A stretch of 64,000 nucleotides of DNA from Escherichia coli (GCF_003019035.1 NZ_CP027447.1); one strand, 5' to 3'. Shown: positions 16,257 through 25,354, counted from the first letter of the stretch. The notes: generated by a model not told the origin, from the sequence alone. Numbers and translations are program-made.

Positions 16257-19093
16257 GTGAGTTTGCATGGAGCTGGAATGAACCACGGCCAGCCATTGAT
16301 CCAGCCAGATTTACGGAGCACAGGCAGGAAACTGAAACCGACCTGCAACGCGCCATCCGTTACTACCTTGAGGCGGACAAAAGGGCACAGAAAGAACAGG
16401 AAGCAAAGGAAGAAGCCTTTTTCGCACAATCCGCCATGGGTAAAAAACTCATGGCATCCCATGAGGAAGCCGGACAGCGTGAAAAGCTGGCACAGAGCAT
16501 CATCAGTAAGCGCCGGGCAACAGAACAAGACCCGGTAGCCCGTGCCTTTGCCACACTGAAGGCGCTTCCCGTTTATCTGCGAGAACCTCTGAGCCGCCAC
16601 CTCTCTTTCCTGCGCAAGAAGCAGGAAGCCGATCGTCAGAAAGGCAAAAAGAGCTGGCAGGCGGAACGCTATGCACGCGGAACCCTGCGCAAAATATTCG
16701 AACGTCTGGACCGCACCGACAGCCGCTGGCTGACACCGGGTTATCGCTCTCTTGCCGGACGCGAACGCCTGGACGATTTGCTTTACCTGCCGCAGCTCAA
16801 CAAACACCAGATACAGACGCTGGCCACCATGACGGCGGCGATGTTCAGCAGCACCTTCGAAAAACTCTGCGATGGCTTTGGCGCGACTGATGGCGAACTG
16901 ACCATGGATGTAACGCTGAAGGCGTATCAGATGCTGGCCCGCATGGCGTTACACCTGCACATCATGCCTCCACATTATGACGCACTGACAACAGATAAAG
17001 ACCGGAGGAACGAACCGGACACGGAGCTGCTGCCGGGCGCAATCCTTCGCCTGACCTGTGCGGAATGGTGGAAACGCAAACTGTGGCTGTTACGTTGCGA
17101 GTGGAGAGAAGAACAACTCCGCGCCGCCTGTCTGGTTTCCAGAAAAACATCACCCTATCTGAGCCAGGACGCGTTAAGCGAGTTTCGCGCACAGCGCGAG
17201 AAAACACGCGATTTCCTGAAAAGTTTCATGCTGGAAAATGAAGACGGGTTCACGATTGATCTCGAGACGGTGTATTACGCGGGAGTAAGTAACCCGGTTC
17301 ACCGTAAGGCAGAAATGATGGCCACCATGAAGGGACTGGAACTTCTGGCCGAAGCCCGTGGCGACAGAGCGGTGTTTCTGACTGTCACCTGCCCGTCAAA
17401 ATACCACGCAACAACGGAGAACGGTCATCCGAACCCCAAATGGAACGGGGCCACCATGCGCGACTCCAGCGATTACCTGGTTAACACGTTTTTTGCGGCG
17501 GTCCGCAAAAAACTGAACCGCGACGGCCTGCGCTGGTATGGCATCCGCACGGTGGAGCCTCACCATGACGGCACCGTGCACTGGCACATGATGGTCTTTG
17601 CTCATCCAGAAGAAATCGACAGCATCGTGGCCATCACCCGCGATATTGCCATTCAGGAAGACCGCCACGAGCTGGGCAATGATATTACTCCGCGCTTTAA
17701 GGTGGAGTATGTCGACGGCTCAAAAGGCACACCAACCAGCTACATCGCCACCTACATCGGAAAGAACCTGGACAGCCGCGCCGTGGATGGCATCGACCCG
17801 AAAACGGGCAAGCCACGCGTTGACCACGAAACCGGAAAATCAATGGCCGAGAGCGTGGAACGCGCCATCGGCTGGGCGCGCCTTCACCGGGTCCGCCAGT
17901 TCCAGTTCTTTGGTATCCCCTCCCGTCAGGTGTGGCGTGAACTGCGCCGCCTTGCCAGCCAGATGGCACGCAACCCGGAAGGCCCGCAACGGCTGAAGGA
18001 TGACGCAATGGACGCGGTACTCGCTGCCGCTGATGCCGGATGTTTTGCCACCTACATTGAGAAACAGGGTGGCGTACTTGTTCCACGCAAAGACTACCTG
18101 ATTCGCACCGCCTACGACCTCGCAGATGAGCTGAACGATTACGGCGAGCAGAGTGTACAGATTTACGGGATCTGGTCGCCGCTCATCGGGGAGTCTTCCC
18201 GCGTGTGCACGCACCCGGATAACTGGAAGCTGGTAAGACGTAAACCGGAAGCGGAAGACAGCGCCCGCGAAAATGGTTTTGACCTTCAGGGCGGCCCTGC
18301 CGCCCCTTGGACTCGTGGCAATAACTGTCCCCGTGTACAGGAAACGGACAACAACGGGACAGAACAGCCGGAAGAACGGCCAGCACCGTGGCCGCAGCTC
18401 CCTGACGGCGTTGAAGTGAACGAATGGATGCGCTCACTGAAACGGCACGAACGCCGGGCGCTGATGCGTTCGCTTCGTGACAAACAGGCAAAAAACAGCA
18501 GTGATGAAATGCAGAGCTGGACACAGAGCCGCAAACAGCAGCGGCCTTTGCCTGATAACCACGAATTACTCGCTAAAGAATGGCGGGAGTCTGCTGAATC
18601 TCTCGGCCTGCATATCGGTGAACAGCAGATGCAGCACCTGTTACGGGGCGGCAGTCTGTACGTTGACGGCAGCATCATTGCACCGCAGGGATTTGAAATT
18701 GTACGCAAACCGGATACCCGACCGGACAGCCGGATCACGCAGCTCTGGCAGCGCCTGAGCCGTAACCACGGCGTAAGCAGCACGGAGATCCGCCATAACC
18801 CGGTCGCCAGCTATCTGGAACAGCTGGCGGCATCAGACCCCGAAGCCGCCGCACGCCTGGCATCCACACTTCAGCAAGACCAGAACACCATGAAAACACC
18901 CGTTACCGTGCTTTCTGACATGCTGCGCGCCATCCGCGACGCAGAGCACGCACAGAGAATCAGTGAAACCACTGAACGCGCCCGCCGCAAAGCAGACCTG
19001 CTGCGGGGTGGCCTGACCATTGGAAACAAAAAACAGACAGAAACGGGATTCACAAATCCCGTAAATGAGCAAAAAACGCGCCGCGATATATGA
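16253..19093 (+). CDS. A: P2 gpA-type replication initiation endonuclease
   Basis: LTVTCPSKYHA and VEPHHDGTVHWHMMVF are rolling-circle HUH/Tyr motifs that parallel remembered P2 A. The start is placed at the ATG (MSEFAWSW) coupled to the upstream stop. Confidence 0.9.
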   Translation: MSEFAWSWNEPRPAIDPARFTEHRQETETDLQRAIRYYLEADKRAQKEQEAKEEAFFAQSAMGKKLMASHEEAGQREKLAQSIISKRRATEQDPVARAFATLKALPVYLREPLSRHLSFLRKKQEADRQKGKKSWQAERYARGTLRKIFERLDRTDSRWLTPGYRSLAGRERLDDLLYLPQLNKHQIQTLATMTAAMFSSTFEKLCDGFGATDGELTMDVTLKAYQMLARMALHLHIMPPHYDALTTDKDRRNEPDTELLPGAILRLTCAEWWKRKLWLLRCEWREEQLRAACLVSRKTSPYLSQDALSEFRAQREKTRDFLKSFMLENEDGFTIDLETVYYAGVSNPVHRKAEMMATMKGLELLAEARGDRAVFLTVTCPSKYHATTENGHPNPKWNGATMRDSSDYLVNTFFAAVRKKLNRDGLRWYGIRTVEPHHDGTVHWHMMVFAHPEEIDSIVAITRDIAIQEDRHELGNDITPRFKVEYVDGSKGTPTSYIATYIGKNLDSRAVDGIDPKTGKPRVDHETGKSMAESVERAIGWARLHRVRQFQFFGIPSRQVWRELRRLASQMARNPEGPQRLKDDAMDAVLAAADAGCFATYIEKQGGVLVPRKDYLIRTAYDLADELNDYGEQSVQIYGIWSPLIGESSRVCTHPDNWKLVRRKPEAEDSARENGFDLQGGPAAPWTRGNNCPRVQETDNNGTEQPEERPAPWPQLPDGVEVNEWMRSLKRHERRALMRSLRDKQAKNSSDEMQSWTQSRKQQRPLPDNHELLAKEWRESAESLGLHIGEQQMQHLLRGGSLYVDGSIIAPQGFEIVRKPDTRPDSRITQLWQRLSRNHGVSSTEIRHNPVASYLEQLAASDPEAAARLASTLQQDQNTMKTPVTVLSDMLRAIRDAEHAQRISETTERARRKADLLRGGLTIGNKKQTETGFTNPVNEQKTRRDI
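19043..19062. repeat. Palindrome ACGGGATTcacaAATCCCGT (copy 1; candidate parC/ParR site)
   Basis: 8-bp arms within a roughly 30-bp unit that is repeated 73 bp downstream. Lies in the last codons of gene A. Confidence 0.45.
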
Positions 19094-19115
19094 AGCGCGC
19101 ATAAAACAGGCAAAA

Positions 19116-19135
19116 ACGGGATTTCAGAATCCCGT
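19116..19135. repeat. Palindrome ACGGGATTtcagAATCCCGT (copy 2; candidate parC/ParR site)
   Basis: Same arms as copy 1. Lies 35 bp upstream of the parM ATG. Confidence 0.45.
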
Positions 19136-19169
19136 AAACGATTAATTAATCAACATAAGGAAAAGCGAC

Positions 19170-20129
19170 ATGAAAATTTGTATCGATGACGGCTCCACCA
19201 ACATCAAGCTGGCATGGACTGAGAACGGCGAACGCCGCAACGCCATCAGCCCGAACAGCTTCAAGTCGGAATGGTCTGCGCCGTTCGGTGGCACGCAGCC
19301 CGCGAACTACATGCTTGATGGCGTGCGCTATGGTTTTGATCCGGTCAGCGATCGCTTTGTCCAGACGACCGACACGCAATACCAGTACAGCGATGTGAAT
19401 GTCATTGCCATTCATCACGCGCTGGTCAAATCAGGCATCACACCACAGGAAGTGGATGTGGTTGTCACCCTGCCACTGAGCGAATATTTCGACACAAACG
19501 CACAGCCGGACATGGCCAACATCAACCGCAAAAAAGCAAACGTCATGCGCCCGGTGGCGTACCAGAACGGAAAAGCATTCACTATCCGTAACGTACGGGT
19601 TATGCCTGAATCCATTCCGGCTGGTTTTAAAGCACTGGCTGACATGAGTCCGTTTGAATCCCTGCTGATTGTGGATTTAGGCGGAACCACGCTGGATGTG
19701 GCAAAGGTTCAGGGACAACTGGCAGGTATCAGCCAGGTGTTTTGCGATCCACACGTAGGCGTTTCCCTGATGGCCGATGCCGTACTGTCGGTGATGGCCA
19801 CTAACGGTATGCGCACCAGTCACCACATCGCCAATACCATTATCGAACATCGCCATGATGAAGCCTGGCTGCGCCAGCACATCCACAATGACGCGCATTA
19901 CGCCAGCCTGATGGCGGTTATTCGTGAAAAGGAAGAAACACTGAAACAACGCGTGATCCGCGCGCTGGCGGTTTTTTCGGGTTACGGGCGGGTGATGGTT
20001 GTCGGTGGCGGGGCGGAGATTGTGGCACCCGCTATCCGCGAAGCCTGCGGAGTTAATGCGACTTTCATCGCGGACGGGGTGCCACAATTTGCTCTGGTTA
20101 ATGGGCTGTACGCAATGAACAAGGAGTAA
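19170..20129 (+). CDS. parM: ParM/StbA actin-like plasmid segregation ATPase
   Basis: 319 aa. ICIDDGSTNIKLAW, YSDVNVIAIHHAL, MPESIPAG, IVDLGGTTLDV and VVGGGAE align colinearly with remembered plasmid R1 ParM. Confidence 0.85.
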   Translation: MKICIDDGSTNIKLAWTENGERRNAISPNSFKSEWSAPFGGTQPANYMLDGVRYGFDPVSDRFVQTTDTQYQYSDVNVIAIHHALVKSGITPQEVDVVVTLPLSEYFDTNAQPDMANINRKKANVMRPVAYQNGKAFTIRNVRVMPESIPAGFKALADMSPFESLLIVDLGGTTLDVAKVQGQLAGISQVFCDPHVGVSLMADAVLSVMATNGMRTSHHIANTIIEHRHDEAWLRQHIHNDAHYASLMAVIREKEETLKQRVIRALAVFSGYGRVMVVGGGAEIVAPAIREACGVNATFIADGVPQFALVNGLYAMNKE

Positions 20130-20133
20130 ACCA

Positions 20134-20445
20134 ATGACGACACCAACCAGAAGAATAAGTTTCTATCTGAAGCCAGCTGCCGTCAAGAACGAAGGAGAAG
20201 CATGCGCCTGGCTGGACAGTCTTACACCAGAAGCCCGCAAAAGCGGCCAACGCGTGGCTTTTCTGGCCGGGCTGGCACTTCTGAAGACGAATCCGGCAGA
20301 GGCTTACCGACTGGCCGCATGGGCTGATGATGAGATGTTACCTGTGACACAAATCAGCTCAAAAAAGTTTGAAGCACAGTCTGCACCAGTGGCTAAGATA
20401 ACCAGCCAGATGGCTGGGAATATCCGGGCGTTATTTCCTGAGTAA
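20134..20445 (+). CDS. parR: ParR-like centromere-binding adaptor
   Basis: 103 aa. RRISFYLKP...LDSLTPEARKSGQRVAFLAGLALLKTNP parallels the R1 ParR N-terminal RHH region. Lies immediately downstream of parM. Confidence 0.7.
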   Translation: MTTPTRRISFYLKPAAVKNEGEACAWLDSLTPEARKSGQRVAFLAGLALLKTNPAEAYRLAAWADDEMLPVTQISSKKFEAQSAPVAKITSQMAGNIRALFPE

Positions 20446-20515
20446 AAGCATCTGCGCGAAAAATGCTCACGTTTATAGAGACAGTATCATTCCATTTGGC
20501 ACACTTACTTCAATA

Positions 20516-20602
20516 ATCGATCTGTTAAACAAATAGATTGTCTATTATCTATCGATTAAAACGATCAATTATCTTGACAGTAATGTGCCTTTTTGTAAGA
20601 TC
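20516..20602 (+). promoter_or_regulatory. GATC-rich operator-like module plus sigma70-like promoter reading rightward
   Basis: ATCGATCTGTTA (20516-20527) and ATCGATTAAAACGATCAAT (20551-20569). TTGACA (20574-20579), 16 nt, TAAGAT (20596-20601). Three GATC sites at 20519, 20563 and 20599; the last overlaps the -10. Both motifs recur at 45754-45804. Confidence 0.5.
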
Positions 20603-20809
20603 GTTCGCATTGTGAGCGACAAGATAATTGCGCGGCATTGTCCATGCAAAACGCCCCAATAGCAGCAACTATTGGGGCGTAAAACTCGGTCGGACTCACT
20701 TAACCTGATATGCGTGCCTTCCGAAGTAAATCAAAATGTGCGTCGTATATTTTATTGCTTACACGCACCTCTGTAAAGGCACGCATATTTTTCCTATGAG
20801 GTAAATAAA

Positions 20810-21079
20810 GTGCGGGCTAAAACAGGTATTTGCAAGAACCCTCATCGTTATAATCCAACATTTCTGTCTCTCCCTGAATATCAAGGACAAGAAGGTCGGC
20901 ACAAATGCGCTGCCTGTGCTTTTGAGCTAGGCATAAAAGATGCGCTTGAAGGACGCGCTATGGCTCAGAATGATTTAGTTTTAGCTAACATTCCGTTTAG
21001 CCAGGCTGGAACTGTAAGGCACAGAGATGCCTATGAAGCATATGTTCGTGGTTGGCGATTAATACACAGCAACAATTGA
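20810..21079 (+). CDS. Hypothetical 89-aa moron protein
   Basis: GTG start 9 nt after GAGG. It has its own promoter region and a strong terminator. Contains HKCAACAFELG. Family not recognised. Confidence 0.5.
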   Translation: MRAKTGICKNPHRYNPTFLSLPEYQGQEGRHKCAACAFELGIKDALEGRAMAQNDLVLANIPFSQAGTVRHRDAYEAYVRGWRLIHSNN

Positions 21080-21088
21080 TACTTTTGA

Positions 21089-21111
21089 AGCGCCGATAAG
21101 GCGCTTTTTTT
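21089..21111 (+). terminator. Rho-independent terminator
   Basis: AGCGCC-gataa-GGCGCT followed by T7. Confidence 0.8.
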
Positions 21112-21398
21112 GTTTGCACGATAGTGCACAAGTTTGCACAATTTTTTTGAACGACTTTTTGTACTTCCGGCCCGCGTGGTGGCTGGATCCGTCAAGGATC
21201 CGTACGTGCACAAAAATACGCGTTTTTTCTGCGCGCAGGTGACGGGGGAACAGCCCGCGTTTCAGGGGGTAAATAGCATTCCCTTAACGATGTCGCAGCG
21301 ACATGACAGAATGGCCGTATTTCTCACGCTGAGCGTGAAAAATACGTGAGGGATTCTGCTTTGATGGGGTGAAAGGTAAGGCCGTCAAAATCGCACTG

Positions 21399-21420
21399 AG
21401 GCGGCGAGAACATGCAGTCA
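21399..21420. other. Possible cos (cohesive end) region
   Basis: GGCGGCGAGAACATGCAGTCAG lies about 165 bp from the 3' end of Q, the expected P2 cos position. It has only weak resemblance to remembered P2 cos (GGCGAGGCGGGGAAAGCAC). Confidence 0.25.
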
Positions 21421-21514
21421 GCGCAGTGGGATTGCGTAAGAGTCTGACCGTCGATGATGGCAATAAGCAGGAAAGCGTCGTGAAATTATCTGACTGATAC
21501 AGGAGCTGGAGAGT

Positions 21515-21539
21515 CGGGGCATAAATTTTTTATGCCCCG
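21515..21539. other. GC-rich hairpin just downstream of Q
   Basis: CGGGGCATAAA-ttt-TTTATGCCCCG, an 11-bp stem with no flanking U tract. Confidence 0.4.
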
Positions 21540-21565
21540 GCGAAGCAGCAGACAAGCGAAGCGCG

Positions 21566-22612
21566 TCAGGATGTGGGCTGGGTATCTAACAGTGCGTAAG
21601 GGTTAAAGCGGATCACCTCTTCGCCAAGCCAGTCATTGATGTGCTTCATGGCCTCCATGACGGGCATCAGCTCGTTAATTGCGTAAACCCGCGCGGCCTT
21701 CTCCACATCACCAAACGCACTTTTTTCGCCCGGCATCGCCCCCATCAGTTGCGGCGGAACGCGGTGCGCAGCCAGCACATCATCACGGGATGCCGCCTTA
21801 ACATTCATGAACTCATCTTTTGCGGTGATCTGCTGGAACGGCAAAATTTGCACCCCCTCTTTGCCCCCGTTGGGCGCATGAATGAGCACGTTTTTAAACG
21901 CACCACCACCACGTGCCCCCTGTAGCGTTTCTTTCAGGGAGTCCATGCTTTCGCGGTTTACCTGCGCTGCACCGATGTAGATGATGCACCCGGCGTGGGA
22001 TCCGTTGTCGTAGTACAGTTTTCTGAACATGTCCGCTGAATGAGAAAGGCTGGCCGAGAGTAATGCGCCAAGATATTCCGGCATGCCGTAGATTTCCTGG
22101 TTAATATCCGGATTCATCAGGTGGCACACTTTGCCAGGACGAAACTGGAACGCGTCCTTGCCATCCTGCACATACCACCATGATTCAAGATCGCTTCCGC
22201 GTCGCATGTATTTCGCCAGGGCGTGCCGTAATTTAAGCGGTTCGCCGAGCATATTGCTTCGAAGCTCAAGGAATGCGTTACCGAACACAAACCAGTCCAG
22301 CGCCAGCGCCGAGAAATCCTGCCGGGAAAGCAGCGGGTGCGGGATGTAGCAACCGAGTAATACATTGCGCTTAAAGTAAAGCGCAGACTGATGCCAGGAC
22401 GTTTGCCGGGCAGCTCTTGCCAGACCGTACCAGTCCACCGGGGTTTCATACCACCGCCCGTTATCAGCACAGTACATATTGTCCAGCAGGTCATGCCCGG
22501 TCAGGCGATAAGGACCATCAAATGTGAATGCACTGAGCGATGATTCTTTCCTGAGCGCATCAGCGAGATCAATGCGTGAACTCATGCGCACTTTTTTATT
22601 TTTTCTGCTCAT
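21566..22612 (-). CDS. Q: Portal protein (P2 gpQ)
   Basis: 348 aa, colinear with remembered P2 Q (GRWYE, VFGNAFLE, PDINQEIYGMPEYL, HRVPPQLMG). Confidence 0.93.
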   Translation of the reverse strand: MSRKNKKVRMSSRIDLADALRKESSLSAFTFDGPYRLTGHDLLDNMYCADNGRWYETPVDWYGLARAARQTSWHQSALYFKRNVLLGCYIPHPLLSRQDFSALALDWFVFGNAFLELRSNMLGEPLKLRHALAKYMRRGSDLESWWYVQDGKDAFQFRPGKVCHLMNPDINQEIYGMPEYLGALLSASLSHSADMFRKLYYDNGSHAGCIIYIGAAQVNRESMDSLKETLQGARGGGAFKNVLIHAPNGGKEGVQILPFQQITAKDEFMNVKAASRDDVLAAHRVPPQLMGAMPGEKSAFGDVEKAARVYAINELMPVMEAMKHINDWLGEEVIRFNPYALLDTQPTS

Positions 22613-24363
22613 CAGAACTCCATAACCGTGAAACGCTCGTTTTCTCCTTCGCCGCCAATCGGTTCGTTAATGACAGCAAGCATGGTTGCCCACGCAAGGT
22701 CGCCGTGGCTGATCCCCCTCGCTCGGTCCGTTTCGTAAGTGATAAAGCCGCCCGGTGTTTTCACCTTACGCACGGCGTTAAAGGCCGCGACCAGCTCGCG
22801 TTCGGCGCGATCGTATTCCCACCGCCCGGCACGCATTATTTGCAGCATTTTCAGTACCAGCGACCGTTTTGATGACAGCGTGAAGGTGTACGGAATAGCA
22901 GCAGGGAAAAACCGCTTCACTATCTGATAAACAGCCTCCCCGTTCCCGCCCGTCACATCAATGCCGATGTGTTCCACGTTGTAGCGATACGTGAACTCTT
23001 CAATGACTCTGGCCTGTTCTTCAAACTCCAGCCCCTGAACGCGTCGCGTCTCCACCGTTCGAAAACGGCCACCAGGAACAGCCGGAGGAACCACCACGGA
23101 CACAGCGCCGCTGTCGCCGTTGCCACTACTGCCGTTTGCGTCATACCCAATCCATACCGGACGATTCCCCATCGGGCGGGGAGCAAAAGGTTTCCAGTCT
23201 TTCCAGTCGTCGTATCCGTCAACACCACAGCCAATCAGGATATTCAGGTTAAATGCCGATTCCCCTTCGCGGACAAACTCACACATATAGAGATTGAGGA
23301 ACTCGTCTTCGGTGTTTTCATCACGAATTTCATCAATATCGGTGTGTTTCCAGCCGTGATTAACCACATCTTCCAGCGTGACAATTTGCCGCCACGTCCG
23401 GTCAGGGCAGATAAGCCCGTTATGCAGCGTTTTCCAGTCCACAGAAAAACGCTGGCGTTTATGCGTGGCCTTTTTCTCGTTCCAGCGGTCGCCGTTCCAG
23501 TAGGCGTATGCCTCGTGCGTTTCGGTGGATGGCGTGGAGAAGTAGGTGCGCCGCAGTCCGCTGAGGGTTGCCATAGCGCCAGCCACCTTGCGCAGTTCAG
23601 CAAAGCGACTGACCCAGAAAAATTCATCAAAATAAAAATTGCCCGTATAGGACTGTGCCGACGCAGCAGAAGTGCCGAGAAAATGCAGCTCTGCGCCGTT
23701 GGAGAGGATGATTTTATCACCCCCTTTCAGCTCCACATCAACTTCAGCCGCGGCCTTCTGAATAATGCTTTTAAACTGGAACGCCTGACGACGCGACGCA
23801 GACAAAAAAATCTGGTTACGCTGGTAAGGTTGCGCCACATCGTCACGCAGCGCCATCAGCAGCGCTTCCTGTGCAAAATACCAGGTCGCCCCAATCTGTC
23901 GGGATTTCAGGATCATCCTGTTACGTATCCCGGCTTCCCTGCAAAGGGTCAGGGAGTCAAACCAGCCCCGCTGATGCCACTCCAGCCTGCTGATGATTTT
24001 TTCCCGCAGTGCGGCAATCTGTTCCGGCGTGAAATGATTTTTGAGTTTTTTCGCCCGGCCTTTCTTTCCTGCGGCCATCACATCCGGCTGGCCATCATGC
24101 AGCTTTTTAAGCTGCCGGGTCAGCAGGTCTATTTCCTTAAAGTCACCGCCTGTTTTATTCTGTTTTTCAGTAAGCTGGATGAGGCGCGCATCGATGGACT
24201 GCGTGACACGCTGCACGGGTGGCGTTTCATCCCACTGGTCACGTTTTTTCCACGCATAAATCGTGTTCGGGTTTATTCCCATCAGACGTGATATTTCTGC
24301 GGGCGGATAACCCTGCCAGTAAAGTTGCCGCGCACGCTGGCGCACAAAAGCGTCCTGAATCAT
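22612..24363 (-). CDS. P: Terminase large (ATPase) subunit (P2 gpP)
   Basis: 583 aa with an N-terminal HTH-like region and a terminase ATPase/nuclease body. Overlaps the Q start. Confidence 0.92.
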   Translation of the reverse strand: MIQDAFVRQRARQLYWQGYPPAEISRLMGINPNTIYAWKKRDQWDETPPVQRVTQSIDARLIQLTEKQNKTGGDFKEIDLLTRQLKKLHDGQPDVMAAGKKGRAKKLKNHFTPEQIAALREKIISRLEWHQRGWFDSLTLCREAGIRNRMILKSRQIGATWYFAQEALLMALRDDVAQPYQRNQIFLSASRRQAFQFKSIIQKAAAEVDVELKGGDKIILSNGAELHFLGTSAASAQSYTGNFYFDEFFWVSRFAELRKVAGAMATLSGLRRTYFSTPSTETHEAYAYWNGDRWNEKKATHKRQRFSVDWKTLHNGLICPDRTWRQIVTLEDVVNHGWKHTDIDEIRDENTEDEFLNLYMCEFVREGESAFNLNILIGCGVDGYDDWKDWKPFAPRPMGNRPVWIGYDANGSSGNGDSGAVSVVVPPAVPGGRFRTVETRRVQGLEFEEQARVIEEFTYRYNVEHIGIDVTGGNGEAVYQIVKRFFPAAIPYTFTLSSKRSLVLKMLQIMRAGRWEYDRAERELVAAFNAVRKVKTPGGFITYETDRARGISHGDLAWATMLAVINEPIGGEGENERFTVMEF

Positions 24364-24517
24364 TGCTCCCCCTGAGTAATTACAGGAAGATTACCCGCGC
24401 GCGAAACTGTTCTCCTTAACCCCCTGTTCTGGCCGTTTTCTTACAACAAAAGCCCTTTGTATCAGCCTGTTACGCTTTGCCATCATGACTGAAGAACCAG
24501 TCAGAGGGGCAAAAACT

Positions 24518-25354
24518 ATGGCTAATGAAAAAAAGACATCCCGCAAAAAGTTTCGCGTGGCTGTCTCCGGATCAACTGTTGATGGCCGTGAAATCAGTCC
24601 GGTGCATCTGCGTGAAGCCGCCGAGAACTTCAACCCGGATGTTTACGCTGCCCGCGTGAACGTTGAGCACTATCTCTCGCCATGCCCGTCAAGCGAATTT
24701 TCCGCAATGGGCGATGTCACCGCACTGAGTACGGAAGACATTACGGAAGGTCCGCTGGCCGGACGTACTGCGCTGTATGCAGAAATCGAACCGACCGAGC
24801 GCATGAAGCAGCTTGTCGCGGACGGCAAGAAAATCTATTCCAGTATCGAACTGCACCCGCAGTTCTCCGTTAACGGGCGCGCCTATCTGGTCGGGCTGGC
24901 GATGACCGACACCCCGGCAAGCCTGGGCACTGAGCGCCTGAAATTCACGGCACAGCAACGTCAGGCGGTAATGACGTTCAACAGTATCCAGGGTGAAGCG
25001 CCGCTTATTTCCGAAGCCATCGAGTCTGAAATCATCGAAATGGCAGAACAACGCCAGGAAGAAGGCACCCAGTGGTTTAACCGCGTAATGGGGATTATTG
25101 GCCGTGGCCGCAAAGCGGATGACGCCAGTTTTTCCCGTATTCAGGAAGCGGTGGAAGGCGTCGCAACGTCACAGGCCGACATTATCGACCGTTTTAATGT
25201 GCTGGAAACCCGCCATCAGCAGGACAGCCAGAAAATTACGTCACTGACCACAGAGCTGGCAGCACTGAAGGAAAAACTGCGCACGCAGGACGGCGATCCG
25301 CAGAACCGGTTCACCGCAACAGGTGCAGCCTCCGACCAGCTGGCTGACTTCTGA
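24518..25354 (+). CDS. O: Capsid scaffolding protein (P2 gpO)
   Basis: MANEKKTSRKKFRVAVSGSTVDGREIS parallels the P2 O N-terminus. Divergent from P. Confidence 0.9.
   Translation: MANEKKTSRKKFRVAVSGSTVDGREISPVHLREAAENFNPDVYAARVNVEHYLSPCPSSEFSAMGDVTALSTEDITEGPLAGRTALYAEIEPTERMKQLVADGKKIYSSIELHPQFSVNGRAYLVGLAMTDTPASLGTERLKFTAQQRQAVMTFNSIQGEAPLISEAIESEIIEMAEQRQEEGTQWFNRVMGIIGRGRKADDASFSRIQEAVEGVATSQADIIDRFNVLETRHQQDSQKITSLTTELAALKEKLRTQDGDPQNRFTATGAASDQLADF

Noticed and set aside
20609-20631. CATTGTGAGCGACAAGATAATTG resembles the lac operator (AATTGTGAGCGGATAACAATT).
   Set aside because: Only the first 10-11 nt match, the symmetric half is absent, and there is no lac context. This is likely chance.
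22969-24291. 440-aa ORF on the plus strand, along with similar long antisense ORFs at 2097-2867, 4159-4752, 6201-6866, 16106-16807 and 31455-31976.
   Set aside because: Each is the mirror frame of a well-supported gene (terminase, purF, dedD, accD, gene A, gpJ) and shows atypical composition.
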